From the NCBI RefSeq assembly GCF_001194135.2, contig NC_068987.1, positions 23,864,831-23,928,830 on the forward strand: a stretch of 64,000 bases of DNA, given 5' to 3'. Numbering within the stretch: the first letter of the stretch is position 1; each line of letters starts with the position of its first letter. The notes under the pieces were generated by a model. It was given only the letters and a program-made list of their open reading frames with translations, was not told the DNA's origin and made no database searches. Source of the stretch: Octopus bimaculoides (taxonomy: Eukaryota). The position numbers and the translations under genes are program-made. Below are positions 15,061-26,379 of this stretch, one piece after another.

Positions 15061-15497
15061 NNNNNNNNNNNNNNNNNNNNNNNNNNNNNNNNNNNNNNNN
15101 NNNNNNNNNNNNNNNNNNNNNNNNNNNNNNNNNNNNNNNNNNNNNNNNNNNNNNNNNNNNNNNNNNNNNNNNNNNNNNNNNNNNNNNNNNNNNNNNNNNN
15201 NNNNNNNNNNNNNNNNNNNNNNNNNNNNNNNNNNNNNNNNNNNNNNNNNNNNNNNNNNNNNNNNNNNNNNNNNNNNNNNNNNNNNNNNNNNNNNNNNNNN
15301 NNNNNNNNNNNNNNNNNNNNNNNNNNNNNNNNNNNNNNNNNNNNNNNNNNNNNNNNNNNNNNNNNNNNNNNNNNNNNNNNNNNNNNNNNNNNNNNNNNNN
15401 NNNNNNNNNNNNNNNNNNNNNNNNNNNNNNNNNNNNNNNNNNNNNNNNNNNNNNNNNNNNNNNNNNNNNNNNNNNNNNNNNNNNNNNNNNNNNNNNN
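15061..15497. other. Assembly gap (others: 8974-8983, 18075-18307, 34977-35322, 36010-36019, 46076-46154, 50297-50788, 52988-53153, 59694-59964)
   Basis: Runs of N. Confidence 1.
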
Positions 15498-15637
15498 ATC
15501 GATATCCATCACCTTTGAATGGGACTGGAGGCAAGCTTTCAGGTGTTTAACACCCAGTGCTATGAAGGAGTCGTCCCCAAAGCATTATACTGCAGTGTAC
15601 CACTGAACAAGCAAAACATACAATGAATATAGGTGGT

Positions 15638-15695
<58 letters not shown>

Positions 15696-15890
15696 TATAT
15701 ATATAATGTTTGCATGAGTATGTACATGTTTTAGTGCTTCCTTGTTTTGACAGCATATGATAGTTGTAAACAAGCATGTATTTACACACACATATGCATA
15801 AATATAAAATAGAGAGAGATACATATAAACACATAGACTTACATATCCATAATGATAAATGTATACAAATATACATGATGACGACTGTCC

Positions 15891-16050
15891 ACTAGTGACC
15901 GAGGAAGACCATCACTGACCACTGCCCTTGCATGAGGTTATTGCACCAGCAGCTGCCTTCACTAGTGACCAAGGAAGACCATCACTGACCACTGCCCATG
16001 CTACATGTCAGCAATGCCCAAGCATGAGGTTATTGCACCAGCAGCTACCT
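15891..16050. repeat. Local tandem duplication (37-bp and 25-bp blocks)
   Basis: ACTAGTGACCRAGGAAGACCATCACTGACCACTGCCC at 15891 and 15961; GCATGAGGTTATTGCACCAGCAGCT at 15930 and 16022. Confidence 0.85.
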
Positions 16051-16679
16051 TCACCCTGGTTCACGTCCTCGGCTTCCACACTCACTACGGTGCCCTACTA
16101 CATAACTGGGTGTTGGAAAAACACCTCATTGGTGGTTGCACAACCTAAACTTTTAGGTGCAGTAAGGTTTGCACAGCACCTCAACAGACCCTCTCCACTC
16201 AACTGATATGATCCAGAGACAAACCAGGGCAAGATACACTACCAATATGGGTTGCAGGTTCATGAATGTGAGAGCGCCATAATCTCAAAATGTTCAATAC
16301 CATTTCCTGCATATCTGGTTTTATATGAGAGTGATATTCTCCTCAAGACATGCTCTGGCAAAAGCTAAGGGGCACCTCACTTCCAGTGGTTTTCCAGCCC
16401 AGAATTTCTGAGGGCCCCCTGCTATTGTTGATAGTCACTGAACCTACACTAGGTTCATCCATCCTTTTGACAGGTCTTGTTTTTAGTCCTGCTGAGTTTC
16501 TAGCAACCCTCCTCACCAAAGAAGCCTAACAGGGGTGCCAGTTTAGTTGCTGATGACCCAACCTTGCAACAGGTTGTACTGGATTCCATGTTATCAGTAG
16601 CACTCATGAGAGACCTCGCAAGTGACCTGTTTATACACATAAACATATGCATACATACATATAAACATATGCATACATG

Positions 16680-17340
16680 TTCCCTGACTTTGGTTCTGGC
16701 TCAGAGGCATTGTAGATTGTAAATCTCTGAATACAACTTGTAGCATGGCTGAGAAGCAGATTGCAAACAAAACAAGAGTCATTACACAGCCCTGCTTGAT
16801 TCTATACTTTACAGGTAGTTCAACCACTTTCCATCATGGAGGCTATCATATCATTGTGGAATGATCTTAATACTGACCATCTATTGGGAATACCCAAAAT
16901 TTGTACAGAACTTTCCAGAGAGCATCACAGTTAACCATATGAAAGGGTTTTGCTAAATCAAATCACAAAAGCTGCATTGTGATTCAGGGTGTACTGTCTC
17001 CACCAAGTGATGAATGGGCCTGTTGAGCATGACTCTGGTAAGTATTTTGCCAGCAGTGGAGAGGAGTGAGAGAGTTTCTGTTTGCAGACAACTGTGCTTT
17101 GACAAACTCTTTACAGGACGTCTAAACATGGGTTGACTGTTTTGCTAATGTTGCCAAATCCTTTGACCTTACAATCAACTCAAAAAAGATTGAGGTATTG
17201 CACCAGCCAGTACCTGAACACCCAAAACAGGATCTTATTGTCATACTAGACAACACCCCTCTAAATGTTGTGCCAAAATTCAGCTTTCAACAGACTCCAG
17301 CATAGACTGTAAAGAGATCAAGACATCTGTTTGGCTACAA
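16680..17340. mobile_element. RTE-clade LINE reverse-transcriptase fragment with inverted 5' part
   Basis: Minus strand 17060-16680 encodes STAGKILTRVMLNR..PESQCSF / DLAK..ALWKVL / KQGCVM..FSAML..FRDL / YNLQCL*ARTKVRE. Plus strand from ~17061 encodes VREFLFADNCAL..FANVAKSFDLTINSKKIEVLHQP. Confidence 0.9.
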
Positions 17341-17730
17341 AGATCAGTGTGTATGTGTGTGTAAACACATATACATATACACACACACACACATATAGAT
17401 ATACATACATACATTCTTGAGCCCCTAGGTCACATAAAGCCGGTTACTCGGTTTCTATGACATAAGTGGCTGAGATCACAATTCCCGTGAACGGAACACT
17501 GGTCCATTGCAGGTTTCAAGGTTGACCCTAGTAGCTGACTGGTACTTTATTTTATCAATCCAGAAAGGATAGACGGTAAACTTGGCTTTTGCAGAATTTG
17601 AACTCAGAATATAAAGAGCTGGAAGAAATGCCGTTATCATTTTGTCCGTCTACATAAACACACATGCACACACACACATATATATATATCTGTACAAACA
17701 TTCCACATATATATATATATATATATATAT

Positions 17731-18074
17731 ACTCTCTTTTACTTGTTTGGAGCACCGCCTTTAATCGAGCAAATCGCCCCCCAGGATTTATTCTTTGTAA
17801 GCCTAGTACTTATTCTATCAGTCTGTTTTGCCAAACCGCTAAGTTACGGGGAAGTAAACACACCAGCATCGGTTATCAAGCGATGCTGGGGGGACAAACA
17901 CTGACACACACATATATATATACATATATACGACGGACTTCTTTCAGTTTCCGTTTACCAAATCCACTCACAAGGCTTTGGTCGGCCCGAGGCTATAGTA
18001 GAAGACGCTTGCTTAAGGTGCCACGCAGTGGGATTGAACCCAGAACCATGTGGTTGGTAAACAAGCTACTTACC
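17731..18074 (-). mobile_element. tRNA-derived SINE, family B (head AGGCGCAGGAGTGGCTGTGTGGTAAG), head truncated by gap
   Basis: Near-identical to copies at 40627, 47279 and 52766; internal (CA/TA)n; GTTC-type B-box region. Confidence 0.9.
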
Positions 18075-18307
18075 NNNNNNNNNNNNNNNNNNNNNNNNNN
18101 NNNNNNNNNNNNNNNNNNNNNNNNNNNNNNNNNNNNNNNNNNNNNNNNNNNNNNNNNNNNNNNNNNNNNNNNNNNNNNNNNNNNNNNNNNNNNNNNNNNN
18201 NNNNNNNNNNNNNNNNNNNNNNNNNNNNNNNNNNNNNNNNNNNNNNNNNNNNNNNNNNNNNNNNNNNNNNNNNNNNNNNNNNNNNNNNNNNNNNNNNNNN
18301 NNNNNNN

Positions 18308-18350
<43 letters not shown>

Positions 18351-18849
18351 CATAGACGCGCGCACATACAAGCACATCCATGCGGACATATATACACACA
18401 TTTACATCCATACATACACGCACACGTGTGTTTTGTGTGTGCATGTAACGTATGCGTTAGTGCGATGCGTCTGGGGATACAAAGATAAACATGTTGACAA
18501 TATAGTTGCACATTTAAAGCCTCTGTTTCTGCTGTTGATACATTGATGGGCGTGTGGGGGTGGGGGAGGACAGGGCGTAAGAGCATCCAGATAATCCGCG
18601 CATCTAATTATTGGTTTTTGATTCAGAGAACGTCCACTACTTTCTACCAGAAAAGCGAAACTTCTTTGTGTGTATGTACACACACACACACGTTCAATTA
18701 TATCTGCTATGCTTCTTACATTCCTGTATAGACATTAATGTATATAGGACACATAACTTAATGAAGTGCTCATAAAGTCGCTACTCAAAAATCGAAGCAG
18801 TCACACACATACAGATATGCATGGAACATATTTGTGCGCGCGCACACAT

Positions 18850-18858
18850 ACAGATTAT

Positions 18859-18893
<35 letters not shown>

Positions 18894-18908
18894 CATATAT
18901 ACACACAC

Positions 18909-18983
<75 letters not shown>

Positions 18984-19005
18984 GATAAATATATATATAT
19001 ATATA
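18850..19005. repeat. Compound microsatellite (TA)n-(CA)n-(GATA)n-(GA)n-(GATA)n-(TA)n
   Basis: Directly visible simple repeats. Confidence 0.95.
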
Positions 19006-20257
19006 ATGGTGAACACTGTGGTTTATGACGATTGTAAACACTTTGTATGTACAATATGTGTGCGAACATAAAAAGGGAAAACAGCTCAATGTACATTTCG
19101 ACTTTTTTTAAAGCTCTCATCAGCTGCTGTGAATCTTTCGTGTATCTACAAATACATTGCTTATAAACCTACTAATATTGGAAGTTAAACTGGGTAGCCC
19201 AAACTGTTTACAATCACCCTAAGTGTTGGTTTGAAAAAAAACATGTTCTATAATACATTATTGTAACGAAACCTTGTTAATCAACCATATCCCGTGAAGA
19301 GGACAGCCTCTCCGTTGGACATCTTGCTATCCAAATAAAGTCTACATTATTGAGTTGAGTCCTCAACTGAACTATAGTCTTCGCAGCTCTATACCAGACA
19401 AATACACACACACACAGTCCGATGAAAGCTACATTGCCGATTCTTTGAAGTAACCGTTAACCTTTTTCGTTGTAAAAATTAATCAAATATGTAACTCTAC
19501 AGAAGAATATTTAGAGATCCTTCAGTTTAATATGTGACTATTTTTATAATTCATACATAAAAAAAAACATAAGTGCATGCATTCTCCTTCACACCCAATC
19601 ATTGACTGTTAAAATTCCGAACGTCACTAGCCATGCCTACTTCTCCCACCACTTGTTTAGCCACAGGCTAGCTGTAATCAAAAGATAAACCAGTTGTAAT
19701 CATCTCATCTTTTTTGATTTTACAGTGTACCTCAGACCATCGTTTCTAATGCAGCTATATTTCCAGACGGTTGAGTATGTTGAAGGAGAGTTGGCTGCTA
19801 TTTCCAGCAGGCCGGATGACCGCATAGAGATTCCCTACTATACTGTATCGTCCGCGATCTTTTTCTCGACTCTTGTGGCTAATAAACTGTCATCAGCATT
19901 ATCAATGTTGTTATTTATTATCATTTATCAAATACATCTTTTTGAATTACTTGTGATCCTTTCTTGGCAATGACATTCGTTAATTCCGTGTAACTCTTCT
20001 CACAGGCAGGACCTAAACATTGTGACCACAGGTGACTAAATACACTACCAATGACACACAATCGGGAAATGACCTCAGCAAAACTACTTCGTACTAGCTA
20101 TCCATAAGAGCCTGTCATATCAAACATTTTACAGGTTCTGTCCATGTAGTTATCTCCCTAAATTTAACACATCCACATAGTAGGCTCGAAGTCATGGATT
20201 CGTTAGTGCCCCTCATTTCTCCATCTGCATATCTACACACATATAGAGAGATGTAAA

Positions 20258-20298
<41 letters not shown>

Positions 20299-20941
20299 CA
20301 TACACACACACACACTCACATACGAACAAATTACATACACATATACACAGACACACGTACACATACTCCATTGCAACAGTTTCATGAAAAGAAAGCCACT
20401 AAAGCTACGAAAGATCGCAACTACGATCGTTTCTATAGAGGCTGGAAAGCTGTGAATGCTTTTTGTTGCAATTAAAATTTTTTTTTTTTAGGGAATACTA
20501 ATCAAGATTAAACATCAATACATATGTTTGAGTGTGTGAAACCACACTGACACACACTTCACCATTAGCATGGATCATGTGAACACGCAAGTATTTATAT
20601 ATACGTATGTATATATAAATACGTCTAATAACGGTATACTCTGTTATTAGCATACGCAATAGTATTAAGTAGAAAGTGTGTATCTTCTACAAAATTACAT
20701 TTAGCATTCACCTCGAAAAAAATCATAAAATACATTGACAGTTTCCATCAACTCTACTGAAATGGTCCTCTTTGCAATCTTTATTTAGTTTTGGTGTCTT
20801 ATTTTTACAGAAACTGTTGGTCTAGAGTGTGTATGTGTGTGTGTGTGTTATAAGGAATGTTCTTTCGTTTGTTTTGTGTATCCTCAGAAATTCTGGGGAA
20901 CGTATTTATTCACAGAACTATTTAACAGGAATGACACTTAC

Positions 20942-21312
20942 CAGGAGAATTCATCATCTTTGGACGAGATACTATTTACATCTATAATGTCCACATCGTC
21001 CTCTACAGTTTGATGGGTACTGTTATTATTGCTGCAGCTGTTGTTCTGATGTTGTTGGCTGTGATGGTTGTTGTGGTGATTATGTTGTTGGTGGTTGTGT
21101 TGGTGGCTATTATTATGGCCCGTCGAGCCATTGTGCTGGTTGAGCTTAGTATCCACATCACCGTTGTTTAGCTTCTGTTTACTCCGAAGCAGTTCGTTCT
21201 GTAGCTCAAGCCTCTTCACCAGTTCCTGCAGTTTACGTACCTCGGCTTGAGGGTCAACCAGGTTCGCCTCGACAGGACTGGCGGACGTTTCCTTCTTCGA
21301 CACACTATTCAT
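20942..21312 (-). CDS. SLAIN: SLAIN motif-containing protein (SLAIN1/2-like), first coding exon
   Basis: ATG at 21312-21310 with an in-frame stop upstream. Coiled coil [26 protein letters not shown] matches the SLAIN N-terminus ([21 protein letters not shown]). Ends in DDEFSW split by a TG|GTAAGT donor (phase 2). 371 nt = 123 codons + 2. Confidence 0.9.
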
Positions 21313-21599
21313 CTTCGAAGGCGGGGGCAAAAGACAAGGGCAACCTACTTAGAACAAACAGCCCCCTTGAAGGAAAAGAAAGGTATTTGACAACAAAAAG
21401 AAAGGTGTAGAAGGATAGAGGCAAAATGCTCTCCTTCCCGAAACAAAAATAAAAAAAAAAACTGACAAACCCCCCCGCGTGTGATGCCTATTTGTCGGAC
21501 AACTGGGGTATGGATTTTAGATTACTGTTAATGTGAGTGAGGAAGTATGAAGTTAGTTAGATGTGTAGCGACACTAATTAGAAAGTAAAATAAGGTTTC

Positions 21600-21760
21600 A
21601 TTAAATAGAAACTGCAGCAGACTGAGGTAAAAAAAACTAAATGACAATCGCCCCTCCTGACAGGAAGGTTTTCATTGCGCATGCGCCTAGATTTCATCGC
21701 TGTCAACGATTTCCTGTAGCTTTTAGTTTTGCTTTGCCTTCACATGGTAGCTGATTGTTG
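21600..21760. promoter_or_regulatory. Candidate SLAIN promoter with NRF1/Ewg-type palindrome TGCGCATGCGC (21676-21686)
   Basis: Perfect GCGCATGCGC about 365 bp upstream of the SLAIN ATG, with a CAGGAAG ETS-like motif at 21661, in a CpG-containing patch of an otherwise CpG-poor window. Confidence 0.55.
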
Positions 21761-22920
21761 TTTCTTTGGAAAATAATATTTGAAGTAAAATAATTAAACA
21801 CTCAGACATTGAAAATAACAAAGCTACTTTGAATATTTAGCAAATGTTTCAAGTGAATTAAGTGATGACAACGAAGTAGTCGATATATGTGTGTGTGTAA
21901 AGTTATTTTTCTCTAGATATATTTATCCCTTTGCGCATATGGTCTATTATATTTATTCATTTACTTGTTAACACTATACTATGCCTAATGTATTTGTCTA
22001 CTGACGAGAAATAACATTCTAAGTTTATTCGAAACAGAGAAAGTGAAATAAGTGATTATATATATATATTATTCCTTTCTTCGTTCTTAGTATATTTAGA
22101 TGTTTCCGACTTTGCTGTGACAAAAATTGTAGAACACCGAACTAAAAGCATTTTATTTAGCTTCAGTCCTCTTAAATTCATTTTCAAACTCGACTTGCCA
22201 CTTATTTTTACTGAATCAGTATATTAAGAGTCAGTTAAATACTAGTTAAGTACTAGGTTCAATGCAAATGACACCACTTCCACCACCTCCACAAAAATGT
22301 CTTGAGTCTTCTGTATTTGAAATGAAATTTAGGCCGTTCTTTTACATATCTCTGACTGTGCAGTGACAGAAATGGCAGGGTATCGGTCTTAATGCTTTCC
22401 AACCCTTCAGACATATACTAGAGTAATATCGATTTCCCCTTGTACCAACGAAAGAATGCTGAATATTTATATATGGTTCAAGAAAAACCCAATTACTAGA
22501 CTAGAATGGAGAAGAGAATGTGCATGAAACGTTAATAAACATTAAATCATGTTTTAATTATGCAAATAAATTTTAGCCTCATCTTTTTGAAGTGGCTGTG
22601 ATGATGTATTTTGATGATTCGGTTGAGTCAAATAAGAGTTTCGGTCTTTTCAAAGATCGTAACAGAAGGGTTTCTGAGTCTTGTTAAAAGACCTCTAAAT
22701 CATAATTCACTTTCTCGTTTGTATTTAAACTGTCCCTACTCTTTGGTAATAGTCCTATAACTTTAAATGATATAGAACTACATAAAATAAAATAAATAAG
22801 GTAACCAGCAGAAACTAATTATCTGCTACGAAGGAAAGAGAGAGAGAGATGTTTACTCAGAATTACCTGACAATGAATATATATGGAATTAAAAGGGAAA
22901 TTCTCAAAAGGTTGATAAAA

Positions 22921-23392
22921 TTAGGTTAGAAGTAAAGTCTGTCGCATTTCAAGATGGGAAAGAAACAAATGTTTCTTTGATCTTGATATATCTAACCAGA
23001 TAATGTTCCCCTCACGATAACATAATTCCATCTATCTGGCTAATTGTTCGTCCCTCAGATGCAAAATTCTTCAGGTTCTGGAGCAAAGAAACACTCAATA
23101 ATTTTTGAATTTCACAAATAATAAGCTATTTTCCTTCTAAATAATGTTGCAATGATCTTAATTGATCATTGCCGTGTTGGAGGAAGTTGAAGGAAGTAAG
23201 GAAGATGAGGCAACACTTCTATATTTAGTGCCATAATCTTTTCCTGAGTGAATTGAGCAATATGTGGTCTTGTATTATCATGTAAGAGCAACTCTCCTTT
23301 ACAAGTGTTTCAATGTTAGACTCTTTTTCTGCAAATTTTTGCGCAATGTCAGTTTTCCAACTGACAATACTTCGCATGAACCGTTTCATTTG
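22921..23392 (-). mobile_element. mariner transposon, C-terminal half and 3' TIR
   Basis: Minus strand gives NETVHAKYCQL..LLLHDNTRPHIAQFTQEKIMALNIEVLPHLPY..FFAPEPEEF..DRWNYVI. TIR-like TTAGGTTAGAAGTAAAGTC at 22921. Confidence 0.85.
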
Positions 23393-23398
23393 AATGTA

Positions 23399-24202
23399 TT
23401 AGGTTATCAAGTATGAAATTTGTAGTAAGGTATATGGTAAACTTTGACAGCTTCTCGTTTTGCGCCGTTATTATATTTTGATAATATTCTTTGTTAGAAA
23501 GCTGACACATCTATTTCTTTATTCCAACTCATTTTGCGCTTTATAAAGTATTTATAAATCGTTTTTTGCTGTTTTTGTTTAGAGAAGGATAAGTCAGAAA
23601 TTCGTACAGTTTTGAATTATGAGTTCTTTTTTTGGAAATACAGCATCACAGACAGCTCGGAATATTAATGGAGTATTTCATTCTAATGTTATTACACGTT
23701 CTGGCAACTTTGACCTTACAAATGAGCAACGCGGTCGACTAGAAACAAAGGTGGATAATGACGAACTGAAAGCCACCATCGAGTTGGATCCATTTCAAAG
23801 TGTCCGTGAATTATCGTTGTTGTTTGGTGTTAGCAAACAAACAATATTGGCTCACTTAGTTCGAATCGGTAAAGTGAAAAAGTTGGAAAAGTGGGTTCCA
23901 CATGAACTCAATGAAAATCAGAAACAGCAACGTTTGAAAGCCTGCATTATGCTACTTGCTCGTCACAAAAATGAATCATTCTTTGAATCAAATTCTAACA
24001 TGTGATGAGAAATGGATCCAATACAACAACCGTAAACGTTCAGCACAATGGGTGGACAAAGACGAACCACCAAAACACAGTCCAAGAAGCAAAATTCATC
24101 AAAAGAAGCTGTTGGTGTGTGTTTGGTGCAGGTGTGATCCATTATGATTTCATTAAACCTGGCTCATCAATCACGGCCGAAGTATACTACAGCCAACTGT
24201 AG
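23399..24202 (+). mobile_element. mariner (Hsmar1/SETMAR-like) transposon, 5' TIR and N-terminal two-thirds
   Basis: TA followed by TTAGGTTATCAAGTATGAAATT. DKSEIRTVLNYEFFFG..GKVKKLEKWVPHEL..LTCDEKWIQYNNRKRSAQW..HQKKLLVCVW..ITAEVYYSQL with frameshifts. Confidence 0.95.
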
Positions 24203-25133
24203 AGTACACACCAGCATTGTTTTAGACAGTGCAGAGTAGGTAGAGATCAAATTTTGTTTGAGAAGTCCGGGCCGGATCCGATCTGGAATCCAGAGGTTGC
24301 CAGCCACTGTAGTGTTAGACAGAAAAAAGTACGTCAACTTACAGAAATCTATTTCATTAGTTCTGAATGGCCGAGTAAATTGCTCTTTTTTCTTCTTTTT
24401 TGTTGTTGTTATTTTTCAATCACGTTTTTCTCTTTGAGTGTCACCTGTATCAATCTTACCGGTCTCAATAAACCTGCGAAGGCTGCAGCCACTTTTGGCT
24501 AATTCAAATAATAAAAGAATCGTCCAATTTTTACTCTAAGCCAGATTTCAATTTAGTGCCCATCGCAGGAAGGTTAATTGTATGCATGTCATAATTAAAT
24601 GTTATCCTCTTATTATAATGAAAAACAAAAAAAAAAAAACCCCAATTCATTTGATGGAATTTAACATTCTCGACATCTATAATAATTCGTAAACTCCACA
24701 ACCTTATAATTTATTCTAACGGGCCCAAAGCCATACGATGAAAGTTTATGAACAGGCGATTTTATTTGATCAATATTTAATATATCGGCTTCCTCGGAAA
24801 TAAAATCAACCTCAGCAGGATTCAGACTCAGAGTGTAACCCAAGCGTAACTGAAATACTATCCGGCATTCTACAATTTCCTTCAATCCACTAGATTTCCT
24901 CTACATAACCTTAAAATAAAGTTCTAATTTCTTCGGGTTCAATCTTTATTTTCTAAACCAATGTGATAAGAGTAGGGAATTGAGTGCTACACGAGTTATC
25001 CCCCTTACAACTTAGTAACTTGTCTAATGTGGGATTGTCTCTTGAAAGAATGAATCAATAAGAAATCACCTCGAAGAGAGCGTGAAGATGCAAAGAATTG
25101 ATTACGTCTGAGTCTCCCAACTCCTTTATACAG

Positions 25134-25170
<37 letters not shown>

Positions 25171-25536
25171 GTATGATGAAGTAAAATATGGATAGGTGGT
25201 TGTTAATGGCTCCCAAATATTTTTTAAATGGTTGTACAGAACTGAGTATAAAAATATGTAATTAACCAAAAAATCAGGACAATAAGGAAAGCTAGAATTC
25301 ATAGCAATTTTCCATAGATAGGTTTATATCCTGAAAGTTCCTAGTTTAATATCACAGATAAAAGAGAGGAAAATCCGAATAATTCTTCGTAGTATCCAGA
25401 GAGTCCACAGTCAATACGACAGTGGAGAATACTGGTAATTCTTTACAACTATTTCTTGGGTTGGATGCTCGGTAAGTTCAGTAGTGTACATTGTGGGTAC
25501 ATATACATGAAGTAGATTGGTATGTATGTATGTTAG

Positions 25537-25871
25537 AAGGCGCATTGCTCAGTGGTTAGAGCGTTGGACTCACAATCGTGAGGTAGTGAGTCTGATTTCC
25601 GGATTGGGCTGTGTTGTGTTTTTAAGCAAGACACTTTATTTTATGTTGCTCCAGTTCATTCGGCTGTAGAAATGAGTGGCGATGTCATTGGTGCCAAGCT
25701 ATATCGGCCTTTGCCTTTCCCTTGGACAACATCGATGGCATGGAGAGCGTAGACTGGTATGCATGGGCGACTGGCGGTCTTCTGCAAACAACTTTGCTCG
25801 AACTTGTCTCCGAGGTTAACTTTCTAGGTACAATCCCATGGTTATTCATGGCCGAAGGGGGTCTTTTACCC
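25537..25871 (+). mobile_element. tRNA-derived SINE, family D
   Basis: Head GGCGCATTGCTCAGTGGTTAGAGCG with A-box; body shared with 41485-42058. Confidence 0.85.
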
Positions 25872-26141
25872 GTGTGTGTGTGTTCGTTCTTCTCTTCTTT
25901 TTAATTTAAAATTAATTTTGACCGGCCACCTACTTGGTAGCAAGGTTGTAAAGGAAAGCATCTTGTTTTGTTCATCTTCGGATGGTCTTGCAGATTTTTA
26001 CAGTCCCAGATATCGCAATTATTTGTGGTGTATGAATTAAGAACTTTTTCTCTCACCAAGAATCCAAGCTCAGCCATACTTCGCTTCAGACGAGTTGGTA
26101 CGCATCCTGTTGCTCCAATAATAACAGATATAAAGCTGAAA

Positions 26142-26176
<35 letters not shown>

Positions 26177-26379
26177 TCCTGTTCAATCTCATTCTACATC
26201 TATTAATCGAGACATGAAATCTAATTGTAATAAGAAGAGTGATTTTAATTTTGATATAGATAATAACACAAAACATAGTTAGGCTTTTTACAGCGTAAGG
26301 GAGATAACCGTTATTTAAGCCCATTTGTCATTCTAAAGAACATCGTATTCCATTTAGAATGACAAATGGGCTTACAATT

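Noticed and set aside
22625-22680. Hammerhead candidate (minus) with GATCTTT-GA-AAAGACC-GAAAC
   Set aside because: Core reads CTGTTAC and there is no stem I or NUH match; at best a heavily decayed copy.
22921-24202. A single mariner split by an inversion
   Set aside because: The overlapping codons and the TIRs differ between the halves, so they are separate elements.
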